Assembly: GCA_040389905.1 (NCBI GenBank)
Contig: JAZJZK010000004.1
Location: 1-64,000 of the forward strand
Direction: 5' to 3'
DNA: 64,000 bases
From: Gemmatimonadota bacterium
Lineage (GTDB): Bacteria > Gemmatimonadota > Gemmatimonadetes > Gemmatimonadales > Gemmatimonadaceae
Shown here: positions 49,250 to 58,627 of the stretch, piece by piece
How positions within the stretch are numbered: position 1 is the first letter of the stretch
Layout: each line of letters starts with the position of its first letter
Notes under the pieces: model-generated
Told to the model about the DNA's origin: nothing
Seen by the model: the letters and a program-made list of their open reading frames with translations, nothing else
Databases searched by the model: none
Translations under genes and position numbers: made by a program

Positions 49250-49909
49250 TTATTGCTGCTCCCAACCCTGGGTTCCGAACAATGGGACGAAGCGAACGGG
49301 AGCGACGTTGCGCTCCGTCACTTTCCCTCCCTGCTTCGTGACCATGACGAGCGTCTGCTCCTCCTTCGATCCCACCGGGACGATCATTCGTCCGCCATCC
49401 GCAAGCTGATCCACCAGCGCCGGCGGCACGCTTGGCCCGCCTGCGCTCACGAGAATCGCGTCGTACGGTGCGTATTCTCGCCAGCCGACGGTACCGTCAC
49501 CGAGTAGCATCGACACGTTCGTCGCGCCCGCCCTGTTGATGGCGTCACGTGCCGACGTATAGAGCGCAGCGATCCGCTCGATCGTGAAGACCTGGGCAAC
49601 AAGGTGCGACAGGAGGACGGTTTGGTAGCCGGAACCGGTACCGATTTCGAGGACCCGCTCGCTTCCCTTCAAGCCGAGAAGCTCGAGGTAGCGCGCGTGA
49701 ATGCTCGGTTGCGAAATCGTCTGGCCACTCCCGATGGGAAGTGGCGCGTCTTCGTACGCGCGATGCCTGACGCCAGTGGGCACGAAGGCATGCCGCGGTG
49801 TCATATCGAACGCGCGAAGAACGGCGAGATCGCGCACGCCCTTTTCCCGAAGTGTCTCGACGAGCCGGCGGCGTGCGCCGCCCATTTGCCCGTCTACAGA
49901 TCCCGCCAC
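49250..49909 (-). CDS. pcm: protein-L-isoaspartate O-methyltransferase
   Basis: PRHAF, AYED.PLPIG.GQTISQP, LEIGTGSGYQ, APYDAI, FVPL; follows surE. Confidence 0.93.
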   Translation of the reverse strand: MAGSVDGQMGGARRRLVETLREKGVRDLAVLRAFDMTPRHAFVPTGVRHRAYEDAPLPIGSGQTISQPSIHARYLELLGLKGSERVLEIGTGSGYQTVLLSHLVAQVFTIERIAALYTSARDAINRAGATNVSMLLGDGTVGWREYAPYDAILVSAGGPSVPPALVDQLADGGRMIVPVGSKEEQTLVMVTKQGGKVTERNVAPVRFVPLFGTQGWEQQ

Positions 49910-50655
49910 CAACTCCCCGATGATTCCAACATGCTGTAGTGCGTAAGGTCCAGGTGAAGTGGCGTGATGGAGATGAACCCATCCTGAATGGCGCGAAAAT
50001 CCGAGTCCGGTTCGCCCGTCCAGGTAATCGAACCGCCACCGATCCAGAAGATGTCGCGATCCCACGGATCACGCATCGGCTTGAGTGAACCGGAATACAC
50101 TCGGCTCCCCAACCGCGTCAAGCGAGCACCCCTCACGCCTTCGACTGGCACGGGGGGAAGGTTCACGTTGAGCAGCGTGTTCGCGGGAAAGCTCGGCAGT
50201 GACGTGAGGTGCGCGATCAACGGCGTCAGCACCTTCACCTGTTGCTTGAGGTACGTGAGGTCCGCCCGGAGATCTCCACCCGCGAAGGAAAACGCGATGG
50301 ACGGAATGCCGAGCGCCAATCCTTCCATGGCTGCAGCAACGGTGCCCGAGTACAGGACATCCTCACCCATGTTCTGGCCATGATTGATGCCGCTGAGGAT
50401 GAAGTCAGGGCGCTCCTCCATGAGCGCTTCGACCGCGATCATCACACAGTCAGTCGGCGTGCCGTCGATCTGCCAGCGGTTGTCTGCCCGCTTCACGGGC
50501 CGCAGAGGATGGTGCAGGGTCAGCGAGTGGCTCGTGGCGCTTTGCTCCCGATCCGGGGCAACCACCGTCACGTCTCCCAGCGGCTCGGCCGCCTCGATCA
50601 GACACTCGATGCCGTGCGCGAGAATACCGTCATCGTTGGTAATAAGAAATCTCAT
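49894..50655 (-). CDS. surE: 5'/3'-nucleotidase SurE
   Basis: LITNDDG, VAPDREQS, GTPTDC, SGINHG.N.G.DV.YSGT. Confidence 0.95.
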   Translation of the reverse strand: MRFLITNDDGILAHGIECLIEAAEPLGDVTVVAPDREQSATSHSLTLHHPLRPVKRADNRWQIDGTPTDCVMIAVEALMEERPDFILSGINHGQNMGEDVLYSGTVAAAMEGLALGIPSIAFSFAGGDLRADLTYLKQQVKVLTPLIAHLTSLPSFPANTLLNVNLPPVPVEGVRGARLTRLGSRVYSGSLKPMRDPWDRDIFWIGGGSITWTGEPDSDFRAIQDGFISITPLHLDLTHYSMLESSGSWWRDL

Positions 50656-50704
50656 TCTACTCGCGTGCGCACGGTGGCCCGATCGTCATCCCCGAGACAA
50701 ACTA

Positions 50705-51061
50705 TCACGTATCCGCCGAGAGAAAGCGGATGAGCTCCTTGAGATCGGTCTCGAGTGACTCGAGCGTCTGCACGGTGAGCGCCGAGCGAGCGGCTCCACG
50801 AAGTTCGCCGCCTTTGCGATGCTCATCCACTTTCTGACGCGCGCCCTCGATCGTGTATTTCTCCGTGTACAAAAGGTGCTTCACAAGGAGGATGAGCTCG
50901 ATCTCGCGGCGCTGGTAGACCCGGTTTCCTGACCGGTTCTTCGCCGGGTTGAGAAAGCGGAACTGGCTCTCCCAATAGCGGAGCACATGCGGCTTGAGAT
51001 CGGTGAGCTCACACACCTCGCCGATGCTGAAGAATTCCTGGACGGGCTCGGCGGCGCTCAT
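50705..51061 (-). CDS. MerR family HTH transcriptional regulator
   Basis: FSIGEV...LKPHVLRYWE.F..L.P.K...NR.Y, YTIEGA. Confidence 0.88.
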   Translation of the reverse strand: MSAAEPVQEFFSIGEVCELTDLKPHVLRYWESQFRFLNPAKNRSGNRVYQRREIELILLVKHLLYTEKYTIEGARQKVDEHRKGGELRGAARSALTVQTLESLETDLKELIRFLSADT

Positions 51062-52056
51062 GCGTCCTGCTCCGAGCGTAGTTCTCGCGACATCAGTTCT
51101 GTGAGCGCCTCTGGAGCCGGATAGCCGTCGAACAGAATGCGATGCACCATGGTGACGATTGGCATTTCGACGCCTTCGCGCCGGGCAAGCTCGAACGCGC
51201 TGCGCGTCGTTGCCACACCCTCGGCGACGGTTTCCTTTCCGGCAAGCGCCTCATCGAGCGTGGCACCTCGCCCAACCTCGAGGCCAACCGCCCGGTTGCG
51301 GCTCAACGAGCCGGTGCACGTGAGGACGAGGTCGCCAATTCCAGCGAGCCCTGCGAACGTCGCAGGCTGTGCACCAAGCGCGCTACCGAGCCGTGTCATT
51401 TCGGCGAGCCCGCGAGTGATGAGCGCCGCGCGCGAATTGGCCCCAAGCCCAGTCCCCTCCGCGATTCCCGCGGCAACAGCCATCACATTCTTCAACGCGC
51501 CGCCAAGTTCCACGCCGATGACGTCGTCGAGCGTGTAAACGCGCAGGTGCGAATTGCTGAGTGCGTCCTGAACGGCCTCCGCGGCGAGAACATTCTTCGA
51601 CGCTGCGACGATCGCGGTCGGCTGGCTGGCGGCGACTTCCGCGGCGAAACTCGGGCCCGAGAGGGCAATGACCGAATGGTGCGGTGCCTCCTCCTCGGCG
51701 ATGTCGCTCATGAGCTCGAGGGTCGTCTGTTCGATGCCCTTCGATGCCATGCACAGCGATGCCTCGCGCCCGAGCCCCGACGCAGCGGAACGGAGCACGG
51801 CGCGCACATGCTGTGACGGAACTGCGACGCACACGAGCGACGCACCACCGGTCGCTTCCGCGAGGGACGCCGTCGCGCGCAGGCGGGCGTTCAGACGCAC
51901 GCCATTTAGGAAGCGCGCGTTCTCGTGGCGCTCATTCACGCTGGACACGACATCGGGCTCGAGCGCCCACAGCACCACGTCGTGCCCATTACCGGCGAGC
52001 ACGTTCGCCAGTGCAGTGCCCCACGCGCCGGCGCCGATCACCGCGCACTGCGTCAT
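51058..52056 (-). CDS. gpsA: NAD(P)H-dependent glycerol-3-phosphate dehydrogenase
   Basis: GAGAWGTALA, SKGIE, LSGPSFA, GGALKNV, GDLVLTC..SRN. Confidence 0.95.
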   Translation of the reverse strand: MTQCAVIGAGAWGTALANVLAGNGHDVVLWALEPDVVSSVNERHENARFLNGVRLNARLRATASLAEATGGASLVCVAVPSQHVRAVLRSAASGLGREASLCMASKGIEQTTLELMSDIAEEEAPHHSVIALSGPSFAAEVAASQPTAIVAASKNVLAAEAVQDALSNSHLRVYTLDDVIGVELGGALKNVMAVAAGIAEGTGLGANSRAALITRGLAEMTRLGSALGAQPATFAGLAGIGDLVLTCTGSLSRNRAVGLEVGRGATLDEALAGKETVAEGVATTRSAFELARREGVEMPIVTMVHRILFDGYPAPEALTELMSRELRSEQDA

Positions 52057-52664
52057 GCCTGGCTCCGTTTGCCGAAGCGGTGCTCCTCACCCCGCCGGAG
52101 CCGGCCGATGTTCGCGCGATGCGTCCAGAACACGAACGCGCCGATGACTGCGCTGATGATGAACAGTGGAGAATCGACGCCGCGCGTAACCGCGAGCAGC
52201 GTCGGCAGCAGGATCGCCGACGCAAGGCTCCCGAGCGAGACGTACCCGAAACCCAGGACGAGCGCAACGAAGACGCCGAAGGTGATGAGCATCGGCAAAG
52301 GCGCGAGGGCGAAGAACACGCCGGCCGATGTTGCAACCCCCTTCCCTCCCTTTCCGAACTTCAGAAACAGCGGACGAACGTGGCCGGCAATCGCCGCGAC
52401 GCCAACGGCGATCGCCCAGATCGCCGGGTCACGTGGGCTCTCGATCCGCGAAGGGAGCAACAGTACGGGAATCGCGCCCTTCAATGCGTCGGCGAGGAAC
52501 ACGGCTACGCCGATCTTCCAGCCGAGCACGCGGAACACATTGGTTGCGCCAAGGTTTCCCGAGCCCTGCTTTCGCAGGTCCACGCTCTTCGCCTTTCCGG
52601 CGAGATGCGCAAACGGGATGGAGCCCGACGCGTACGCCATTGCGAGCGCGACCGCTGGATGCAC
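52053..52664 (-). CDS. plsY: glycerol-3-phosphate acyltransferase
   Basis: GSIPF, GSGNLGATN, D.LKG, GGKGVAT, HRANI.RL. Confidence 0.95.
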   Translation of the reverse strand: MHPAVALAMAYASGSIPFAHLAGKAKSVDLRKQGSGNLGATNVFRVLGWKIGVAVFLADALKGAIPVLLLPSRIESPRDPAIWAIAVGVAAIAGHVRPLFLKFGKGGKGVATSAGVFFALAPLPMLITFGVFVALVLGFGYVSLGSLASAILLPTLLAVTRGVDSPLFIISAVIGAFVFWTHRANIGRLRRGEEHRFGKRSQA

Positions 52665-52666
52665 GA

Positions 52667-53992
52667 TTACGCTTCCGTCTTGGCGCCGCTCTTCCGGCGC
52701 ATGAGGATACGCAGCGGATTCCCCGTGAACGGATACGTCTCGCGGAAGCCATTGTGGAGGAATCGAATGTAGTGCTCCTCCACGAGGTCTGGATGATTGC
52801 CGAAAAAGGCAATTGTCGGCGGAGAGACGCTGACCTGCGTTGCATAATTGAGCTTCACTTCGCGGCCCGCCGCCTGGTTGGGCTGGCGGCGCGCGAGCAA
52901 CTCGGCGAGCCGCTCGTTCACCAGTGATGTGGAGATGCGCACCTTCGACTGTTCATCCACAAGCTGGATGACATCGAGGATCTTGCTGACGCGCTGGCCG
53001 GTGAGCGCTGACGTGAAGAGAAACGGAACGTGCTTGAGGAACGGCGCCTTCTCCCCAGCTTTCTTCTCGAACTTGTGCGTCGCCTTGTCGTCCTTCTCCA
53101 CCAGGTCCCACTTGTTGACGACGACGATCAATCCGCGGCCAGCTTCCCACGCGAGATGGGCGATGGAGAGGTCCTGGTTGTGGAACTCGCCTTCGGTCGC
53201 GTCGATGACGAGGATGCAGATGTTCGCTCGCTCGATCGCGCGCCGAGCACGTAGCGAGGAGTAGAACTCGATGCCGTCGTCGATCTTCGACTGGCGGCGG
53301 AGCCCCGCCGTGTCGACGAAGATCAACTTCCGTCCGTGATACGTCATCGGCGTGTCGATCGCGTCGCGCGTCGTTCCGGAGATGTCGCTCACGACGAGAC
53401 GCTCCTCACCGAGCAACCGGTTCACGAACGACGACTTGCCCACATTCGGGCGGCCGACAACCGCGATGCGAAGCGCCTCTTCGTCTTCCGGAATCGACTC
53501 TGGCAGACGTTCGACGATGGCGTCGAGGAGATCACCCGAGTTCTTGCCGTTCTGCGCGGAAACGGGAAAGGGATCCCCGGCGCCGAGCCGATAGAACTCG
53601 TAGTAATCCGTGCGGCTCGGGTCGTCCACCTTGTTCGCGACGAGCAGAATCGGCTTGCCCGAGGTCCGAAGCATTTCGCCAACGCGGGAATCGCTGGGGT
53701 GCACACCGATCTGTGCGTCCACCACAAAGAGAAACAGGTCGGCCTCCTCGATCGCCGTGGCCACTTGCCGCCGGATCTCGAGGTCCATGGGCAGGTGCGG
53801 ATCGTCAGACAGCCCACCGGTGTCCACCAACCAGAAGGCGCGACCATTCCACTCGGCTTTCGAGAAGTGGCGGTCACGCGTGGTTCCCGCCTCCTCGGAG
53901 ACGATGGCCTCGTCCTCACCGATGATACGGTTGAACAGTGCGGACTTGCCGACGTTCGGGCGTCCAATCAGGGCGACGACGGGGACACTCAT
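52667..53992 (-). CDS. der: ribosome biogenesis GTPase Der
   Basis: two GTPase domains (GRPNVGKS, GTTRD, DTGG/DTAG, NKVD/NKWD) plus KH-like C-terminus. Confidence 0.97.
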   Translation of the reverse strand: MSVPVVALIGRPNVGKSALFNRIIGEDEAIVSEEAGTTRDRHFSKAEWNGRAFWLVDTGGLSDDPHLPMDLEIRRQVATAIEEADLFLFVVDAQIGVHPSDSRVGEMLRTSGKPILLVANKVDDPSRTDYYEFYRLGAGDPFPVSAQNGKNSGDLLDAIVERLPESIPEDEEALRIAVVGRPNVGKSSFVNRLLGEERLVVSDISGTTRDAIDTPMTYHGRKLIFVDTAGLRRQSKIDDGIEFYSSLRARRAIERANICILVIDATEGEFHNQDLSIAHLAWEAGRGLIVVVNKWDLVEKDDKATHKFEKKAGEKAPFLKHVPFLFTSALTGQRVSKILDVIQLVDEQSKVRISTSLVNERLAELLARRQPNQAAGREVKLNYATQVSVSPPTIAFFGNHPDLVEEHYIRFLHNGFRETYPFTGNPLRILMRRKSGAKTEA

Positions 53993-55290
53993 GCTGCGCG
54001 CTGCCCGGGAATACTGGGCTCGCCTTCAAGGGTCAATACGTCGATGAAGTCGTACGAGGGATATACCGGCATCGGAAGCGTCTCACGGAGCGCTACGAAG
54101 CGCTCCTCGTCGAGGAAAAGTCCATCATCATTGATCGTCTCGGCGGGAATGAGCGCGAGATCGAGGTCGTGCCTGTCTGCGAGAGCGCGCCTGATGTCTG
54201 CGCCAACGAGCAGTCCTGCCGTCGTGGTGGTGGGGCCAAAGAGGGAGTTCTCCATCACGATCAGGGAGAATACAGCACCCGTCTGCTCGGTCAGCGCGTC
54301 GAGCAGCTCGGGCATGAGCGCCGCCATGGAAACACCGGTAACGACGCCGATGCGCTTGCCGTCGAGGCGAGGGAGGTCGCCGAGGCCGGCGCGCACACGC
54401 TGGCGGAGCGACGTCACTGCTCCCACACCGTTCTCGATTTGCGAGAAGTCGCCATAGTGCTCGGCGTCGGGCAGCTCGCGGCCGGCGAGAAGATACAGCT
54501 CGTCGGATCCAAACACCCACCGGTCCCCGCGCTCCGCGAGCGCGCGCTCTTCCCAACGTTCGACAGCGGCGAGGATGCGATTCGAGTTATCCGCATCCAT
54601 CGGCTTGCCATCGTAGAGATGAGAAAACTGCGTGACACCAACCGGCACCAGCGCGACGCTCAGCACCGCATCGCCGAGGTTCCAGAGATCCGTGAGCGAT
54701 GCTTCGAGCACGTCGCCGTCGTTGAGGCCCGGGACAATGACCATCTGCCCGTGAAACTGAATTCCGCCTTCTGCCAACCGCGTCAACTGCTCGACGATAT
54801 TGGGAACGCGTGGGTTGTTGAGCAGGACCTTCCGGGCCTCCCACGGCGTGGCGTGCACGGACACATACAGCGGCGAGAGACGATACTCGAGAATGCGCTG
54901 GATGTCCTTTTCCTTCACGTTGGACAGTGTCGCGAAATTCCCGTACGCGAACGACAGCCGGTAGTCGTCGTCGCGAACATAGAGCGTTTTCCGGAGCCCC
55001 TTCGGCAGGCCCTCGATGAAGCAGAACTCGCACCGGTTGGCGCAGCGACGAACGTTGGGCGGCTCGAGCTCAACGCCAAGCGCTTCGCCCTCGGGCCGCT
55101 CGACTTCGTAGACGATTTCCTCGCCGTCCGGAAGGCGGGCCTCGATGATCAGCTCCTCGTCGGCGGTCAGGAATTCCCAATCGAGGAAATCGGCCAGCTC
55201 GCGCCCATTCACCGTCAGGAGCTCCGTTCCGCGAACGACACCCATCTCTTCGCAGATGCTGCCCGGGAGAACTCGACTGACACGAACCAT
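53989..55290 (-). CDS. PDZ + DUF512 radical-SAM-like Fe-S protein
   Basis: N-terminal PDZ-like segment, CANRCEFC (CX3CX2C), DDDYRLSF.YGNF, QIENGVG. Confidence 0.8.
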   Translation of the reverse strand: MVRVSRVLPGSICEEMGVVRGTELLTVNGRELADFLDWEFLTADEELIIEARLPDGEEIVYEVERPEGEALGVELEPPNVRRCANRCEFCFIEGLPKGLRKTLYVRDDDYRLSFAYGNFATLSNVKEKDIQRILEYRLSPLYVSVHATPWEARKVLLNNPRVPNIVEQLTRLAEGGIQFHGQMVIVPGLNDGDVLEASLTDLWNLGDAVLSVALVPVGVTQFSHLYDGKPMDADNSNRILAAVERWEERALAERGDRWVFGSDELYLLAGRELPDAEHYGDFSQIENGVGAVTSLRQRVRAGLGDLPRLDGKRIGVVTGVSMAALMPELLDALTEQTGAVFSLIVMENSLFGPTTTTAGLLVGADIRRALADRHDLDLALIPAETINDDGLFLDEERFVALRETLPMPVYPSYDFIDVLTLEGEPSIPGQRAA

Positions 55291-55481
55291 AGCGCGAACG
55301 ACCTCCACCGAAGCGACGGGGGAAGATCGCCAAGACTGCACGATGCTTCCCCCTGCACAGACGTCTCGGGAGCACCTGTCGCGCTCCCTCATGCAAGCTA
55401 GGAACTACAGAGGCGGAAGTCAAGAAGAATCCAGTACTTCGGGCCTCTCGCCTAGTCTTCTTTATCACGCATATAGGCAAC

Positions 55482-55511
55482 AAAAAAGCGCCCGCCATGA
55501 GGCGAGCGCTT
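55482..55511 (-). terminator. rho-independent terminator
   Basis: AAGCGCCCGCC-ATGA-GGCGAGCGCTT stem with an A6 tract on + (U-tract on -), downstream of the 55528..57162 gene. Confidence 0.7.
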
Positions 55512-55527
55512 CGTGTGGAGCAAGGAA

Positions 55528-57162
55528 TCAGCCGTCGATCGTGTACTTGTAGGCGACGACGTTTGCGCCCGTAATCTTGAAGCGGAATTTGGCGGACTGG
55601 CCGGGCGCGAGGGCTTCCGTTGTCACCGTCTGCGTTCCAACGGCGGCGCCGGATTTGTCGATGCCGGTGAACGTCAGGGTGACCGCCTTCGGCGGGAACG
55701 TCTTCGGCGGCGGCGGCGCGGGAGCAGCCGCCTTCGCCGGAGCCTTTCCTTTGGCGCCCTTGGCGGGCGCTGGTGCCGGCGCCGGCGTGTTGCTCTTCTC
55801 GTTCTCGTCCGCCTTGTCGCGGCGGTCCATCACCGTGCCGGCAATCGTGGCATCCTTCTCGTTCGGCGAGAACTCCTGAAATGTCACTTCGACAGGAAGC
55901 TTGTTGCCGGTGGAATACCACGTCAGCGTCGTGTCGTTCAAGGCAGCTGCGATAGGCGTCTTCTTCGCCTTCTCCGCTACCTTCGCCAACGACAGATACG
56001 CACGCGCAGCCAGGAAATAGTTCTCCGGATTGCCGGTATCTACGGCGACCAGACGCTTGACGATCGGCCCGACCTTCTCGTTCTGCTCCATTGTCAGATA
56101 CGTGACTGCCACGTTGTACAGCGCATCGCGGCTGTATGGGTTCTGGGCAAGCGTCGCTTCGAAGAGCTTTCCCGCATCGCCCGACCGGTTGGCGCGAGCC
56201 GCGTTGACCGCCGAGTTGAGCAGATCCTGGTATTCGTACGCCGACGGGTTCGCGATGAGTGCTTCCCAGCTCTTGGCGGCACCAGCCGTGTCGCCGATCG
56301 ACAGGAGGAGGGTCTGGAGCTGCTGCCGGCTCATGCTCACGTATGATCCCTTCGTGCCGGGCACGGCGAGCAACTGCTCGAAAGACGCGGCTCCCTTCTT
56401 GGCAGCGTCGACCTTTGCCGCCCCGGTGGCCGTCATCGCGATGTTGGAATACGCCTGGCCGATGTTCGACAACATCTGCCGGCGTACGTCGCGGTAGCTC
56501 GTATCCTTTGCCGCGAGATCAGCGGAAAGCGTCCAATACTCGATCGCCTTGGCCTCGTTGTTCCGCTTACTCATGACGCCACCCAGAATCATGTTGCCGT
56601 AGGGGGACGGCGGGTAGAGCGTGTTCGCCTGCTTCGCATAGTAGTCGGCGGAGTCGAGTTTGTCCGCGTTCATCGCGTTGATCGCGCCATTCACGACGTC
56701 GAGATAGAACTTCTGGCCGGCGCGCCAGTATGCGGTGTAGTCGGCGCACAGCGGCTTCGCCGTCTCGACGATCTTGAACAGCGAGTCGAGCGTAGATGGG
56801 ATGTCGAGCTTTTCCGTCGGGCGGGCGACGAACCCAACCGCGCCACGCGTAGGCGTGAGCCCAATGCCTGGCTGATTGGCAAAGAGACTCAGCGCCGTAC
56901 CAAGGGTGTAGGCGTTCACGACCGGATCGTCGCCTTTCTCCGTGGTCTCGACGAGCTTGACGGCGTTCTTGAGGTTCGAGGCCGCCACCGCTGGCGAGGC
57001 GGCCTCGCGAGCAAGGTTGACGCTGAGTGTGGCACGGGCAGCGTTGCCCTTGGCCGATTCACCGACGTCACACGACGGCTTCGCGGGCGCAGCCTGCGCA
57101 CCGAGCGCAGCCGACACGAACAACGAGGCCGCAGCGAGATACTTCGTACCGTGCAGAGCCAT
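55528..57162 (-). CDS. secreted TPR-repeat protein with Pro/Ala/Lys linker
   Basis: signal peptide, TPR-like helices (NPYSRDALYNVA), PAPAPAP linker, small C-terminal beta domain. Confidence 0.7.
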   Translation of the reverse strand: MALHGTKYLAAASLFVSAALGAQAAPAKPSCDVGESAKGNAARATLSVNLAREAASPAVAASNLKNAVKLVETTEKGDDPVVNAYTLGTALSLFANQPGIGLTPTRGAVGFVARPTEKLDIPSTLDSLFKIVETAKPLCADYTAYWRAGQKFYLDVVNGAINAMNADKLDSADYYAKQANTLYPPSPYGNMILGGVMSKRNNEAKAIEYWTLSADLAAKDTSYRDVRRQMLSNIGQAYSNIAMTATGAAKVDAAKKGAASFEQLLAVPGTKGSYVSMSRQQLQTLLLSIGDTAGAAKSWEALIANPSAYEYQDLLNSAVNAARANRSGDAGKLFEATLAQNPYSRDALYNVAVTYLTMEQNEKVGPIVKRLVAVDTGNPENYFLAARAYLSLAKVAEKAKKTPIAAALNDTTLTWYSTGNKLPVEVTFQEFSPNEKDATIAGTVMDRRDKADENEKSNTPAPAPAPAKGAKGKAPAKAAAPAPPPPKTFPPKAVTLTFTGIDKSGAAVGTQTVTTEALAPGQSAKFRFKITGANVVAYKYTIDG

Positions 57163-57196
57163 CAGAAATCTCCTGAAGAATTCGGGCAGAATCCGG

Positions 57197-58411
57197 TCAA
57201 TTGACCGGGTCGTTCACGTTACCCCTCGCGGCGCGTTGCCGTTCCGCATTCGCGAGCGCAAGCTGGTAAATATCGGCTGGCCGGCGTCCGCTCGCCAGTG
57301 CAACGCGCTGGACGTCATCGAACTCCGGTTTGGAGCGCTCGGAGCCATCCGGGAGCACGACGATCTTGACTCGAACCGACTCGCCAAGAACGTGCACCGT
57401 CACCTCCAAGCGTGCCAGAGCCCGCCTCGTGACTCTCGTGCTCCGTACACCGATCGTCGTCGTTTCCAGCAATAGAAAACGCTCGAAATGCATCGCCTCC
57501 CCCACACCACAGAGCAGCTCCACCCGCGTACCCGGCCTGCCCTTCTTCATAGCCGTGTGAATCAGCACCACGTCCAGGGCACCATCGGAACGTGCGCGCT
57601 CTGCTGCCGCGGCGAGGTACTCTGCGGACATATCGTCGATGTCGCACGCGAGGAGCATCAGCTCATCGGCATCGCTCTCGACCGCAGCTGCCGACTCCGT
57701 CTCAGCCAGAATGATCCGCAGTGCATTCGCGCGACCCTTGAAATCCTTGGTCCCCGCTCCGAAGCCGCTCTTGATTGGGATGTACTCCGCGGGCGGCATC
57801 CCGCTGGACAGCGCGCGAACCAGTGCGGCGCCCGTCGGCGTGACAAGTTCACCTGACCCCTCCGGCCCCGGACTCACCCGGTAGCCTTCGAGCAGCTTGA
57901 GTGTTGCTGGCGCCGGAACGGGCAACAGGCCATGCGCGGCCTGCACCGTTCCGTCGCCCGTTCTGATCAGCCCGCAGTACACGGCCTCCACGCCAAGCTC
58001 GTCGAGCCCCCAGATGGCCCCCACAACATCGAGAATCGCGTCCACCGCGCCAACCTCGTGCAGGTGAACCTTCTCGGGGGCCTGGCCGTGAATTTCTCCT
58101 TCGGCTTCGGCAATACTGAAGAAAGCGCCATCCGCCTTGCGTCGGACATGTTCCGGTGCGCTGGACTCCGCCACCAGCTTCCTGATCTGGTGGATATGCC
58201 GCCCATGCGGCTGCGGCGGTATCTGAAAATCGACCTTCCAGCACATGAGGTCGCCACGCTTCACATTCGTGATGTCGACAGTGACCCCATCCAGGTTGAG
58301 ACGGCCAGGAAGTGCGCGAAGCCATTCCGGATCGAGCCCGACGCCGAGCAACGCGCCGAGCGTCATGTCGCCGGAAATCCCGCTGAATGGATCGAGTATC
58401 GCGATGCGCAT
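57197..58411 (-). CDS. larC: nickel pincer cofactor biosynthesis protein LarC
   Basis: DPFSGISGDM.LGAL, AE..IHG...VHLHEVGA.D, HG.LPVPAPAT, ELVTPTG, MKKGRPG, TTIGVR, KPEFDD. Confidence 0.9.
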   Translation of the reverse strand: MRIAILDPFSGISGDMTLGALLGVGLDPEWLRALPGRLNLDGVTVDITNVKRGDLMCWKVDFQIPPQPHGRHIHQIRKLVAESSAPEHVRRKADGAFFSIAEAEGEIHGQAPEKVHLHEVGAVDAILDVVGAIWGLDELGVEAVYCGLIRTGDGTVQAAHGLLPVPAPATLKLLEGYRVSPGPEGSGELVTPTGAALVRALSSGMPPAEYIPIKSGFGAGTKDFKGRANALRIILAETESAAAVESDADELMLLACDIDDMSAEYLAAAAERARSDGALDVVLIHTAMKKGRPGTRVELLCGVGEAMHFERFLLLETTTIGVRSTRVTRRALARLEVTVHVLGESVRVKIVVLPDGSERSKPEFDDVQRVALASGRRPADIYQLALANAERQRAARGNVNDPVN

Positions 58412-58447
58412 GAACTAGCGGTGGAAGGGTCTACAGCAGCACCATCT

Positions 58448-58617
58448 CGCCGGCACCTTGAACGCCGATTGAACGGATGGAAAGGAAAAACAATGATCAA
58501 GCATGAAACACGAAATTCGTTTTCTTGAAGGTTCAGAGCGAGATGCTGTCGCCGCTCACTTTAGAATCAGTGTTTTTGCTGTTCAAATCCGCTCAATCCG
58601 CGTTCAATGTGCCGGCG
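58448..58617. repeat. MITE/REP-like element with 31-bp inverted termini (CGGAT/ATCCG family)
   Basis: 58448-58478 versus the reverse complement of 58587-58617: 28/31 identical; AT-rich interior. Confidence 0.7.
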
Positions 58618-58627
58618 CATTATGTGG

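Noticed and set aside
53938..55401. 487-aa + strand ORF
   Set aside because: Antisense shadow of the DUF512 gene.
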